Source of the DNA: an uncultured delta proteobacterium
GTDB lineage: Bacteria > Desulfobacterota > Binatia > Binatales > Binataceae
DNA length: 64,000 nucleotides
NCBI GenBank assembly: GCA_963765675.1
Contig: CAVXXK010000001.1
Location: 1,312,001 to 1,376,000, forward strand
Direction: 5' to 3'
In this document: positions 1 to 10,621 of the stretch, one piece after another
How the letters are laid out: every line of letters begins with the position of its first letter
How positions within the stretch are numbered: position 1 is the stretch's first letter
Translations under genes and position numbers: made by a program
Notes under the pieces: generated by a model
What the model was told of the DNA's origin: nothing
The model's input: the letters and a program-made list of their open reading frames with translations, nothing else
Database searches by the model: none

Positions 1-1590
1 CTGATCGACGACGCATTCGAGATGCGGCCCTATCAGAAGTTCCTTTGCCAGGTGGCGATCTGCGTCTGGGCTGCAGGATTTGCGCTGCCGGCGCATGCGC
101 TCACCCCATGGCCCGCGCTTGATTTCGGGGTCGCCGTAGTATGGCTGCTCGCGACCACCAACGCCTTTAATCTGATCGACGGTCTTGATTGCCTGGCGGC
201 CGGAATCGGGATTATCGCTGCTAGCGCGATCGCTGCGACCGGGATCATGCATCATGCTCCGCAGGTATGGATGCCGAGCCTCGCGGTTGCCGGCTCGCTG
301 GGCGCTTTCATGTTTTTCAATTTTCCACCCGCCTCGATAATTATGGGCGACGCGGGTGCGCTGCCGCTAGGCTATATGCTCGGCGCGCTGGCGCTGGCCG
401 CCGGAGGGCTCGCAACCAACTCGCGGCTCACCAAGTATGTGTTTCCGGTAATGGTAATGATCGTCCCGCTGCTCGATACCGGGATCGTCAGCGTAACCCG
501 AATTGCGACCGGCGGCTGGATTTCGCGCCACGGCACCGACCATTCGCATCATCGCCTGCTCTCGCTGGGACTGACAGATCGGGCGGCGGTAGCGGTTTGC
601 TGCGCGGTGGCCGCGGTCGGAGCGCTATGCGGATTCGCGGCGAACGTCCTGACCCATGAAAACGTGATCGTCGCGCTGCCATTTCTGATTCTGGCGACGG
701 CGGTTCTGGCCCTGTTCATGATGGATCTGACCTTCGAGAACAATCCTCCCGGGCTCGAGTACGGGCATGTGCAGGGAGTCGCGCGCTTTATCCTGCGCTT
801 GGGGTATAAGCAGCGAATCACTGAGGCTACGGTTGATTTCGCGCTGATCAGCGGTGCATTCCTGGCTGCGCAGGCGCTACGGCTCGATTTCGACATCAGT
901 AGCGCAACCATCGGCATCCTTCTGCGCGAAGTGCCGTACGTCGCGTTGGCGACCTACCCCGCGTTCGTGATCGCCGGCGTGTACAGAGGCATCTGGCGGT
1001 ATACCAGCCTCTCTGACGGACTGCGGTTTGCCAACGGCGCCGTTCTGGCGGGAGTGTTCGTGACTATTGCGTCGCGGTTTGCGCCGGTCTCGCTGTCGGG
1101 CTCGATCGTGGTGCTGTTTGTGATACTGCTCTTCAACCTCCTGATGATGACGCGCGTCTCCTTCCAGGCGATCCGCAAGGGAATCAGTCAGCTCGCGGCC
1201 CAGAACGAGCGCGTACTGGTGGTCGGCGCCGGAGAGAAGGGCGCGGCGGCCGCGAATTTCATCTTTTCAAGCCGCAGGCACGGCGCGCGCGTGATCGGAT
1301 TCGTCGATGACGACGCGTTCAAGCTCGGCAAGCTGATGCACGGGCAGCGAGTCCTCGGCGCCTACAACGATCTGGAACGAATCTATGAAGCGGCTCCCTT
1401 CGATGAGTTGCTGCTCGCTGCCGATGGGCTGTCCGCGGCGCAGATGGGGTCGCTGACAGCGTTTGCAGAGCGGCACAAAATCGCGATGCGGCGCTTCTCG
1501 ATCCAGGTTAATGAATTAGCCGGACAGGCAATCCAGGGATTGGCGCAGCCGCACGGCGCGCTGCAGCTCAGGGAACCGGACGCCGTCTGA
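1..1590 (+). CDS. MraY/WecA-like glycosyltransferase family 4 fused to a PglF/CapD-type N-terminal membrane region and CoA-binding Rossmann domain (5' truncated)
   Basis: NAFNLIDGLD, FNFPPA and MGDAG GT4 motifs, then GVYRGIWRY, LVVGAG and GFVDDD. Frame is open from the window start. Confidence 0.8.
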   Translation: MIDDAFEMRPYQKFLCQVAICVWAAGFALPAHALTPWPALDFGVAVVWLLATTNAFNLIDGLDCLAAGIGIIAASAIAATGIMHHAPQVWMPSLAVAGSLGAFMFFNFPPASIIMGDAGALPLGYMLGALALAAGGLATNSRLTKYVFPVMVMIVPLLDTGIVSVTRIATGGWISRHGTDHSHHRLLSLGLTDRAAVAVCCAVAAVGALCGFAANVLTHENVIVALPFLILATAVLALFMMDLTFENNPPGLEYGHVQGVARFILRLGYKQRITEATVDFALISGAFLAAQALRLDFDISSATIGILLREVPYVALATYPAFVIAGVYRGIWRYTSLSDGLRFANGAVLAGVFVTIASRFAPVSLSGSIVVLFVILLFNLLMMTRVSFQAIRKGISQLAAQNERVLVVGAGEKGAAAANFIFSSRRHGARVIGFVDDDAFKLGKLMHGQRVLGAYNDLERIYEAAPFDELLLAADGLSAAQMGSLTAFAERHKIAMRRFSIQVNELAGQAIQGLAQPHGALQLREPDAV

Positions 1591-1741
1591 CCCCCGACGT
1601 TGCCTTGCACACGCTACCTGAACCGCAACCGAGCAAGCGCCGCGCATCGATAGATCGTGCTCACGCGATGATGAATCGCCTCGGCCCGCATGTCATAATT
1701 CCTGAGGTCGCGGGGAGCAATTTGCAAGGAGCAAATTACTT

Positions 1742-2104
1742 ATGAATCGAGCGCGCAAGCCGGTGCATATCGAGCCGAAAGGCTGGGGCCGCGAGGTCTG
1801 GATCGCTAACAACGACAGATATTGCGGTAAGATTCTCGAAATAAAAAAGGGCAAGCGGTGTTCGCTGCATTTTCACAAAATCAAGACCGAATCGTTCTAT
1901 CTGCGCGCGGGCCGGCTCAAAATCCGTATCAAGGAATCGCCTGAGTCGCAAACCCTGGAGGAATTTGTCCTCGAGGCGGGCGAATGCATGGACGTACCGA
2001 TCGGGCTGGTGCATCAGATGGAAGCGCTTGAGGACGCCGAACTGTACGAATTCTCGACTCAGCATTTCGACAGCGATTCGCATCGTTTGGTGCGCGGTGA
2101 TTGA
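1742..2104 (+). CDS. Cupin domain protein (mannose-6-phosphate isomerase-like)
   Basis: PKGWGRE, SLHFHKIKTE and HQMEA cupin motifs; AAGGAG RBS. Confidence 0.8.
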   Translation: MNRARKPVHIEPKGWGREVWIANNDRYCGKILEIKKGKRCSLHFHKIKTESFYLRAGRLKIRIKESPESQTLEEFVLEAGECMDVPIGLVHQMEALEDAELYEFSTQHFDSDSHRLVRGD

Positions 2105-2161
2105 AGAGCCGCTGCCGGGTTCGTTCGCGGCGCATGCCCGTCCTCACCTTATGGAGCCAGC

Positions 2162-3178
2162 ATGGCGAAAGTCGCTCTGATCACCGGCGTCACAGGACAG
2201 GACGGTTCCTACCTGGCCGAGCTGTTGCTCACCAAGGGTTACCAGGTGCATGGAATCGTCCGGCGCACCTCGAGCTTCGCGACCGGCCGCATCGACCATC
2301 TGCGCAAGAGCTTCGCCCCGGGCTCCGACGGTCTGCAACTGCATTACGGTGATCTGGGCGACGGCACCGGCCTGCGCCGCATCATCGAGCAGGTCCGTCC
2401 CGACGAAGTTTATAATCTGGCCGCGCAATCTCACGTGCGGATTTCGTTCGACCAGCCCGAGTACACTGCCGACGTGGTCGGGCTAGGCACGCTACGACTG
2501 CTCGAAGCGCTGCGCGATCACAATCATCGCCATGGCCGCTCGGCGCGGCTGTACCAGGCGGGTTCCTCCGAGATGTTCGGCAAGGTCGTGGAAATTCCGC
2601 AGCGCGAGACCACTCCGTTTCATCCGCGCAGCCCATACGCGTGCGCCAAGGTTTACGCGCACGAGCAGACGGTCAATTACCGCGAGGCCTACGGACTGTT
2701 TGCGTGCAACGGAATTTTGTTCAACCACGAATCTCCGCGCCGGGGCGAAAATTTCGTGACCCGCAAAATCACCCGCAGCGCCGGAAGGATCAAGCTCGGG
2801 ATGCAGTCGCGGCTCGCACTCGGCAACCTGGAAGCGAAACGCGACTGGGGGTTTGCCGGCGACTACGTCGAGGCGATGTGGATGATGCTCCAGCAGGAGC
2901 GTCCCGATGACTACGTGATAGCGACCGGTGAAACTCATCCGGTGCAGGAATTTCTCGAGCTCGCGTTCGATCGGCTGAGTCTCGACTGGAAAAAGTACGT
3001 TGAGATCGATCCGCGCTTTTTCCGCCCTTCCGAAGTTGACATTTTGATCGGCGACTCCTCCAAGGCGCGCCGCACGCTCGAATGGACGCCTCGCGTCAGT
3101 TTTACGGAACTGACCGCAATGATGGTGGATGCGGATCTGGAACTGGCGCGCCGCGAGCTCAAATCTTCACAGGCGTAG
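2162..3178 (+). CDS. gmd: GDP-mannose 4,6-dehydratase
   Basis: [47 protein letters not shown]. Confidence 0.97.
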   Translation: MAKVALITGVTGQDGSYLAELLLTKGYQVHGIVRRTSSFATGRIDHLRKSFAPGSDGLQLHYGDLGDGTGLRRIIEQVRPDEVYNLAAQSHVRISFDQPEYTADVVGLGTLRLLEALRDHNHRHGRSARLYQAGSSEMFGKVVEIPQRETTPFHPRSPYACAKVYAHEQTVNYREAYGLFACNGILFNHESPRRGENFVTRKITRSAGRIKLGMQSRLALGNLEAKRDWGFAGDYVEAMWMMLQQERPDDYVIATGETHPVQEFLELAFDRLSLDWKKYVEIDPRFFRPSEVDILIGDSSKARRTLEWTPRVSFTELTAMMVDADLELARRELKSSQA

Positions 3179-3283
3179 TCACTTAGCGCGTGCGGTATTT
3201 AGCCGCGCCACACGATGACGTACGAAGCGCAACGAAGTTGCGTCGCTTTGCAAGCAAATATCACTCACAACTAAACGCGCTGC

Positions 3284-3318
3284 TTGACCGACTGACCGAA
3301 CGGCGGTTAGTCGGTCAA
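3284..3318. repeat. Near-perfect 15-bp inverted repeat (hairpin or TetR-like operator) upstream of the YjbQ-family gene
   Basis: TTGACCGACTGACCG-aacgg-CGGTTAGTCGGTCAA. Confidence 0.5.
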
Positions 3319-3407
3319 ATCGGAGATAAAACATTGCCCCCTGTGGCTCCGCACGCATACGATCGAAGAGATAGAGTCTTGCGCACTGAGAGTTCCGAGG
3401 AGTCACC

Positions 3408-4022
3408 ATGGGTTACAACCGACCGCTCGCACGAATCGTCACGAAACCTCGCGGTTTCAAGAGCCGGCATTCCGTCTCGCTTTCCGACGCGATCGTGCAG
3501 ATTCGAACCGTCGAACCGATCCAGTTCATCGATCTGACCGACATAATCAATGCACACCTGTCCGAGTACGGATGCGATAGCGGGCACGTGACAGTTTTCT
3601 CACGCCACACCACCGCAGCGATCAAAATCAACGAAGCTGAAGAGCTGCTGATCCAGGATTTCAAGACAATGCTCGCGCGGCTGTGCCCGGCCGACGCCGG
3701 GTATCATCACAATGACATGGCAAGACGCAAACCGCCCATCGCGCCCGATGAGCATCCCAACGCGCATTCGCATCTGATGCACCTGCTGCTATCCACCAGT
3801 GAGCACATTCCGGTGATGGACGGGCGGCTCGCGCTCGGAACCTGGCAGCGCGTATTCATGGTCGAGCTTGATGGCCCGCGCGATCGCGAGGTGATGATCC
3901 GATGCGAGAGCTACGAGCCGCAGCACGGCGAGGTCCGCGGGAAATCCGCGCCGATCGAGCTGCGCGCAATGGGTGGGAGTGCGATGAACGGAGCCGCACG
4001 CAGCAGCGCGCCGGCAAAATAA
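3408..4022 (+). CDS. YjbQ family (UPF0047, secondary thiamine-phosphate synthase) protein
   Basis: HTTAAIKINE, YHHN, NAHSHL, LGTWQRVFMVELDGPR; GAGGAG RBS. Confidence 0.9.
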   Translation: MGYNRPLARIVTKPRGFKSRHSVSLSDAIVQIRTVEPIQFIDLTDIINAHLSEYGCDSGHVTVFSRHTTAAIKINEAEELLIQDFKTMLARLCPADAGYHHNDMARRKPPIAPDEHPNAHSHLMHLLLSTSEHIPVMDGRLALGTWQRVFMVELDGPRDREVMIRCESYEPQHGEVRGKSAPIELRAMGGSAMNGAARSSAPAK

Positions 4023-4054
4023 TCTTTCGCGGCGAATTTCCGAATCGCAACAGC

Positions 4055-4094
4055 GCGCGGGCGGCCAAGCTGGCTCCCGCGCGGTTTTCTTTTT
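4055..4094 (+). terminator. Probable intrinsic terminator
   Basis: GC-rich stem (GCGCGGG...CCCGCGC) followed by TTTTCTTTTT. Confidence 0.55.
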
Positions 4095-4120
4095 CCTTCC
4101 CGTCTTTGTGTGTGCTGATA

Positions 4121-4198
4121 CCCTCTCCCTCCGGGAGAGGGCGGCGCGGCGCGATACTTGCGATTTTTTTCGCAAGCATCGTGACGCGTGGGTGAGGG
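4121..4198 (+). repeat. CCCTCTCCC-GGGAGAGGG REP/MITE-like element, copy A
   Basis: CCCTCTCCCTCCGGGAGAGGG, internal hairpin, GTGACGCGTGGGTGAGGG; related copies at 37253 and 44356. Confidence 0.75.
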
Positions 4199-4307
4199 TG
4201 CTGGTCTGCTCTTTTAATCGCGCGTCGCTTCGCGCCGCGCTGAATAAGGTCCCTCACCTACCGTGTGCCAGTGGCACGTCCCTTTCAGGGCGAGGGATCA
4301 GACCGAA

Positions 4308-7300
4308 TCAGGCGGGCGTGGGTGAGAATTCGGCTTCGAGCCGCTCGGCGTCATCGGGCGACAAGTTGAAGTATTTGCACTCCGGATGATGGAATACGAT
4401 CGCGCTGGTCGAGCTTTCCGGGTCCATCATGAAGCCCTCGGTCAACTTTGCACCGATATCATTGCGATCCACTTCAAGCAGCTTGAAAAGCTGCGTTTGG
4501 TCTTCCATCCGTGGGCACGCGGGGTATCCGAACGAATAGCGCTTGCCGCGATAGTGAGACTGGAACAGATCCTTTTTCTTCAGGTCCGGCGGGTCGCCGA
4601 TTCCCCACATCTGGCGAATCTTCGAATGCAGCAATTCGGCGAAAGCTTCCGCGCCCTCGTTTGCGAGCACCTGGAGGATGAGAGAACGCAGATAGTTACC
4701 CTCATCTTTCCATCGGTCGGCGAGCGAGCGCACGCCGGGTCCAATCGTCACGATCGACAAACAAAGATAGTCGGCGCGGCCCGAGTCCTTCGCCGCAACG
4801 TAGTCGGCCAGACACAGATATGGCGCGGCGCTTTGGCGGCCGAAGCGAAATCTTCCGAGCTCGGTTTTGCCGTCGGGTGACAAAAGCATTACCGAACGAT
4901 CGCCGTCCGACTGCGCGCGGAAGAATCGGAAAATCGCGTTCGCTTTTATATCGTCACGCGCGAGCATCAACTCCTGAACTTCTTCGATTGCGGCTTTGAG
5001 TTCGAGCGCCTTGGCGTTTCCCTCCGCGAGCGCGCGCTCGGCGTCGCGCAATCCCAGATGCTTTGTGTATAGCATCGCAGGATTGATGTACTGAAAGATC
5101 TCGCCCAGGTCGTAGCCGCGCAGCACGTGCGTTTTGAGGTCGGGCGGCGACAGGAATGTCGATATCGCGCCGCACCGACGATTTCGCTGCCGGATTGACG
5201 ACCGCGCCGTTGGTTGGCCTGGGCGCTGACGCGATCATCTTCGCCGAATCTTGTTCGAGCCGGAGCTTCAGCGTCTCACGCCGCTCACGATCCATGATCT
5301 GGTTGGCGAGCGCCAGCCCCGACATCGCGTCGTTCGCGTAGGCGACCAACCCCGGATATTCGGGTGCGATTTTGATCCGCGTGAAGCGGTTCGACAGCGC
5401 CGCGCCTCCCACCAGGATCGGGCAATCGATTCCGGCGCTCTTCAAGTCCTGCGCCGTGATCACCATCATCTGCGCCGACTTCACCAGCAGGCCGGACAAT
5501 CCAATCGCGTCGGGCTGATGCTGCCGGAACGCTTTGATCAGATCCTCAGGCGGCACCTTGATGCCGAGATTGATCACCCGGTAGCCGTTGTTCGACAGAA
5601 TTATCTCGACCAGGTTCTTGCCGATGTCGTGAACGTCGCCCTTGACCGTCGCCAGGATAATCTTGCCGCGATTCGAGCTCTCGCTCTTCTCCATGTGCGG
5701 CTCGAGATGCGCCACCGCGGCTTTCATAGCCTCCGCCGATTGCAGGACCTCGGCGACGATCATCTGATTAGCGTTGAACAGCCGCCCGACTTCGTCCATC
5801 CCCTTCATCAGCGGGCCGTTGATAATGTCGAGCGCACCCATCGTGGCGAGGATCTCGTCGAGGTCCTCGGTCAGACCTTCTTTCGATCCTTCGAGGATAT
5901 AGCGCGGCAGCCGCTCCAGGAGAGGGAGATCCTTGCGATTCTCTTTTTCGACTCCGCTCTTGCGCTCGCGGAAATGGGCGGCGTACGCGGCAATCGGATC
6001 GTCGCCGCGCCACCAGATCAAATCGTCGGCGAGCTTTTTTTCCTCTTCCGGAATCGACGGATAGCGCGGCAGCTTCTCCGTGTTAACCATCGCGAGGTCG
6101 AGTCCGGCCTCGATGCAATGATGGAGCATCACAGCGTTTAAGACTTCACGTCCCGCAGGCGGAAGCCCGAACGACACGTTCGAGATTCCGAGCACGGTCT
6201 TGGTGCGCGGTAGCGCGGCCTTTATCAGCTTGATGCCTTCGATCAGCTCGACGCCGGCGCCGATATAATTCGTGTCGCCCGTGGCGATCGGGAAAGTCAA
6301 CGGGTCGAAGATGATGTCCTCGGGCTCGATGCCGTATTTTTCGGTGAGCAGCTTGTAGGAGCGCTCCGCGATCGCGAGTTTGCGCTCGCGCGTGATCGCC
6401 TGCGCCTGCTTCTTATCCTCGTCGATAGTCCCGACGATGATCGCGGCGCCGAAAGTTTTCGCCAGCCGGATGACGGCCTGGAAGCGCTCGGAATGCTCGC
6501 CGTCTTCGAGGTTGATCGAGTTGATCAGCGACTTGCCGGCGGTTCGCTTGAGCGCTTCCTCGACCACATGCCAGTCGGTCGAGTCGATCATGATCGGCGC
6601 TTTGACTTTTTTGACTTCGATTTCGAGAAAGCGGACGACGTCGGGAATTTCCTCGCGGTCGGGGTCCTGCAGGTTAACGTCGACGATGTGGGCGCCGCGG
6701 CGCACCTGCGCGCGGCCGATCTCGGCCGCTTCTTCGAATTTGTTTTCCGCTATGAGCCGCTTGAATTTGCGGCTGCCGAGCACGTTGGTCCGCTCACCGA
6801 CGATAACCGGGCGCGTGTCCTGATCGATCACCAGCGCTTCGATTCCCGAAACCGCTGTGCGCCTGACGGTCGGAATCGCGCGCGGCTTCAATCCTGCGAC
6901 AGCTTGCGCCAACAGCCGGATATGCTCCTCGGTCGTGCCGCAGCATCCGCCGACCAGATTCACCCATCCGTTCTGCGCGAAACGGCCGACCTTGGCGGCC
7001 AGCATCTCGGCGGTCTCGTTATAGTGTCCTTCCTCGTCGGGCAGGCCCGCGTTCGGCACGCATGCGACGTTGAAGCGCGCGATTTGCGACAGAGTTCGCA
7101 GATGATCCGTCATGAAATCGGGACCGGTCGCGCAGTTGAGACCCATCCAGAGCAGATCGCGATGCGCAAGCGAGATGTAGAACGCTTCGATATCCTGTCC
7201 GCAGAGCAGCGTGCCCATCGTCTCGATCGTGCCCGACACCGCGACGGCGGGCGTCACGCCGGACTTTTGGATCGTGCGATCGATTCCGACGAGTCCCGCC

Positions 7301-7827
7301 TTGACGTTGAGCGTGTCCTGCACGGTCTCCAGCAGCAGAATGTCCGCGCCGCCCTCGATGAGCCCGAGCGCCTGCTCGGCGTACGCCTCGGCGAGCTGAT
7401 CGAAGGTCACGCCGCCGGTGACCGAGAGGCTCTTGGTCGTGGGACCCATCGAGCCGGCGACGAAGCGCGGCTTTTCGGGCGTGCTAAATTTGTCGGCCTG
7501 CTCGCGTGCGAGTGTGGCAGCGATTCGATTGAGTTCGAACGCGTCGGCTTCGAGTCCGTACTCCGCGAGCACGATTCGCGTCGAGCCGAAGCTCGCCGTC
7601 TCTATGATGTCTGCGCCGGCTTCAAGAAACCCGGCGTGCATCGCGCGGATCAGGTCGGGCCGGGTGCGAACGACGTTTTCGTTGCATCCCTCGAGGCTTG
7701 TACCGCCGTAATCTTCGGCCGAAAGCTGATGGCCCAGGATGAAGGTGCCGAAAGCGCCGTCGAGCACGAGGATTCGCTCGGCGAGCAAGTCTTTCAGCAG
7801 CTTGATCCTGTGTGCGTCAGTGGCCAT
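4308..7827 (-). CDS. metH: Cobalamin-dependent methionine synthase, broken by a +1 frameshift near 5148-5151
   Basis: LDGAFGT, GGCCGT, VGERTN and ATVKGDVHDIGKN in 4954..7827; activation domain RYSFGYPACP in 4308..5126. Removing one base gives ...DIPVPPDLKTHVLRGYD.... Confidence 0.93.
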
Positions 7828-7955
7828 TGTTAGTGACTTCCATGTAATTACAGGTGAGAGTCCAAGCGTATCTTAGCCATGATCGCCATTCAATTTGACC
7901 TATCCGCACGCTATCGACGCGCGCGAGCAAACGCCGGAGTTCCAGGGATTCGATA

Positions 7956-8870
7956 ATGGCGGCAAGCAATCGCGCGCGGCTGGTGATCGTGACCGGGGGC
8001 GGCGGCTTCATCGGCTCGCATCTGGCGGACGCTCTGATCGATTGCGGATTTCGCGTCCGCGTCATCGACAATTTCGCGACCGGAAATCGCGAGCGTGTGA
8101 ACCCTCGGGCCGAGCTCGTCGACGCAGATATTCGCGACGCCGACGCGATCGCGCCCGCGTTTACCGAAGACGTCGATTGCGTGTTCCACACCGCCGCGCT
8201 GCCGCGAATCCCGCTGTCGATCGCCAAACCGGTCCAGACGCATATGGCCAACGTGGTCGGCACGTTGAACGTGCTGATGGCGGTGCGCGAGGCGAAGATT
8301 CGCCGCTTCGTCTATTCCGGCTCGTCGTCGGTTTATGGAAATCAGGACCGGTTGCCGCTGATCGAGACGATGACGCCGAAGCCGCGCAGCCCATACGCGC
8401 TGCAAAAGTTCGTCGGCGAGGAGTACGCGCGGATGTTTCATCAGCTCTACGGCGTAGAGGCTGTGGTGCTGCGGTACTTCGCAGTGTACGGCCCGCGGAT
8501 GGCGGAAGAGGGCGCGTATATGCTCGCGATCGCGGCGTTCATGCGCGCGCGGCGCGAGGGCCGTCCGCTCGAGATTCACGGCGACGGCGAGCAGACCCGA
8601 GACTTCACTCACGTGCGCGATATCGTGGCAGCGAATATCCTCGCGATGGACGCGGAGATCGCCGACGGACGGCCGATCAACGTCGGTTTCGGCCACAACG
8701 TGAGCATCAACCGAATCGCGCAAATTTTCGGCGGTCCGATAGTGCATACGCCCGGGCGTCCGGGAGACATGCGCGACACGCTCGCGGATCGCTCGCTGGC
8801 CGAACGAATCCTGGGATGGACGCCGCGCGTGTCGATCGAGGATGGCCTCGCAGAGCTGCTCGCGCATTAA
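7956..8870 (+). CDS. NAD-dependent epimerase/dehydratase
   Basis: VTGGGGFIGSHL, YALQK, LRYFAVYGP, GDGEQTRDFTHV. Confidence 0.92.
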   Translation: MAASNRARLVIVTGGGGFIGSHLADALIDCGFRVRVIDNFATGNRERVNPRAELVDADIRDADAIAPAFTEDVDCVFHTAALPRIPLSIAKPVQTHMANVVGTLNVLMAVREAKIRRFVYSGSSSVYGNQDRLPLIETMTPKPRSPYALQKFVGEEYARMFHQLYGVEAVVLRYFAVYGPRMAEEGAYMLAIAAFMRARREGRPLEIHGDGEQTRDFTHVRDIVAANILAMDAEIADGRPINVGFGHNVSINRIAQIFGGPIVHTPGRPGDMRDTLADRSLAERILGWTPRVSIEDGLAELLAH

Positions 8871-8923
8871 CGGCGCTTTGTATTACGCGTGGCAGTGAGA
8901 TAACGGTTTTCGCGGGAAACACT

Positions 8924-9721
8924 ATGCCGGAACCTTATTACAAGCAGCATTGGATCGAGATCGATCCTGAGCGCCACGCGGCGTACGACCAGATACTCGC
9001 CTTTCATCCCGCGATGGAGCCGATCCTGCGCCCACTGGATTTGCGCGCCGGGCTGAGTGTGCTCGATGTCGGCTCGGGGCCGGGGCATACGACCCTGGAG
9101 CTCGCGCGTCGTGTCGGGTCGTCGGGAAAGGTGACGGGCGTCGATATCAACGCCGAGTTCATCGCGCGGTCGGGCGCTCGCGCACGTGAACAGAAGGCAA
9201 ACGTCGAGTTCGTCCACAGCGGCTTTCCGCCGCTGCCATTTCCCGACCGATCATTCGATCGCGTATTCTGCAAGAACGTTCTCGAGTATGTCGATTCCGC
9301 GACGGCGACCGTGGCCGAGATGGCGCGGGTCGCTGCATCGGGTGGGATTGTCGTCGCGGTGGATAGCGATTGGGATATGCTCGCGCTCGATCTCGGTCCT
9401 GAGTCCGCGGATTTGACCGAGCGGGTGCTTGCGGCGAGCAAATCGATCGCGATCAAGGAGCCGAAGATCGGGCGCCGTCTGTTCGGAATGTTTCGCGCGG
9501 CCGGGCTCGGCGAGGTCAAGGCCGAGGTTCTGGCTGGAGCCGACACCGCGGGGCGCTCGCTGCCGATGCTGAAGGCGAGCATTGCGCGTTATGCGCGCGA
9601 CTCGGGCCGAGTGAGTGAAGCGGAAGTTGCGCGATGGCTCGGGTCGGTCGATCAGGCGGTCGCGAGCGGCAGATTTTTTTTCGTCTTGCCACAGTTCGTT
9701 GTACGGGGAATCAAACCATAG
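8924..9721 (+). CDS. Class I SAM-dependent methyltransferase
   Basis: VLDVGSGPG and LPFPDRSFD. ATG 8924 chosen; the longer ORF from 7895 overlaps the epimerase. Confidence 0.88.
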   Translation: MPEPYYKQHWIEIDPERHAAYDQILAFHPAMEPILRPLDLRAGLSVLDVGSGPGHTTLELARRVGSSGKVTGVDINAEFIARSGARAREQKANVEFVHSGFPPLPFPDRSFDRVFCKNVLEYVDSATATVAEMARVAASGGIVVAVDSDWDMLALDLGPESADLTERVLAASKSIAIKEPKIGRRLFGMFRAAGLGEVKAEVLAGADTAGRSLPMLKASIARYARDSGRVSEAEVARWLGSVDQAVASGRFFFVLPQFVVRGIKP

Positions 9722-9767
9722 CCGACATATTTCGGTCGGCCGAAAATCTTAGTCTGGGAGCGCGTCA

Positions 9768-10499
9768 ATGATTGCAGCGTGGCTGGCTTTCTATGACGGA
9801 ATCATCGCGATCGTTCTTTTTCTGGCGGGAATCCTCGGCGCCTATTTTCACCTCGTCGCGCCGTTCGTTGGATTCACCACCGCGATGATCTGGGGCACGT
9901 TGATTTCGATTATCGGGACGATCGTCGGAATTATCGCGATTATCCGTACGCGGGCGCCGGAGCGCGCCGCCGGCCGTCCGCGCGCGAACGTCGGGCTGAT
10001 CCTGTCGCTCATTGTCCTGGTCCCGGTCGTGGTGATGGTTCTTTCGGGACTGAAATATCCCGGGATCAACGACATCACGACCGACTTCACCAACCCGCCC
10101 GAGTTCACCCACGCGCAGCAACTGCCCGCCAACCGAAACCGCGACCTCAAGTACGATGCGGCGAAGTATATGGCCAAGCAGCAGTCCGGCTATCCCCCGC
10201 TGGCGCCGCTGCATCTTAGTGATCCTCCGGCGGCGGCGTACGATCGCGTGAAGAATCTTGCCGCGTCGATGCCGACGTGGACGATTACCAGCGCCGACCC
10301 CGCGACGATGACGATCGAAGGTTTCAGCACCTCGGCCCTGTTCCATTTTCAGGACGACTTCGTAATCCAGGTACGTCCCGGCGATGGCGGCAGCAGTCTG
10401 GTCGAGATGCGCTCGAAGTCGCGCGACGGAATCGGCGACTTCGGCGTCAACTACAAACGAATCGTCGGTTTCTTGGGAAAGTTGCGAGCAGCGGCGTAA
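9768..10499 (+). CDS. DUF1499 family membrane protein
   Basis: Three N-terminal TM segments, INDITTD, FQDDFVIQV, MRSKSRDGIGDFGVNYKRI. Confidence 0.85.
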   Translation: MIAAWLAFYDGIIAIVLFLAGILGAYFHLVAPFVGFTTAMIWGTLISIIGTIVGIIAIIRTRAPERAAGRPRANVGLILSLIVLVPVVVMVLSGLKYPGINDITTDFTNPPEFTHAQQLPANRNRDLKYDAAKYMAKQQSGYPPLAPLHLSDPPAAAYDRVKNLAASMPTWTITSADPATMTIEGFSTSALFHFQDDFVIQVRPGDGGSSLVEMRSKSRDGIGDFGVNYKRIVGFLGKLRAAA

Positions 10500-10507
10500 A
10501 AACTCAA

Positions 10508-10611
10508 GCGGCCACAAAGACACCAAGACACTAAGAAGAAAAACCGGATGCGGCGTTCCCGAAGGAACGCCGCATCCAGATTTCTTTGTGTCTTCGTGTC
10601 TTTGTGGCCGC
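10508..10611. repeat. GCCACAAAGACACCAAG-type palindromic element, copy 1
   Basis: About 30-bp inverted arms around a perfect 14-bp hairpin GGATGCGGCGTTCC-cgaa-GGAACGCCGCATCC, between convergent genes. Confidence 0.8.
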
Positions 10612-10621
10612 CTGCTCTTCT

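Noticed and set aside
6493-7833. Long antisense or alternate-frame ORFs (also 28784-30073, 37555-39024, 42993-44279, 58609-59730, 62430-63749)
   Set aside because: Typical stop-poor shadow frames in GC-rich DNA overlapping well-supported genes.
7828-7955. SAM or cobalamin riboswitch upstream of metH
   Set aside because: The region is short and I could not find the conserved cores by eye; an Rfam scan would settle it.
7895-9721. 608-aa ORF as one protein
   Set aside because: The N-terminal 343 codons are an Arg-rich shadow frame of the epimerase; the real gene starts at 8924.
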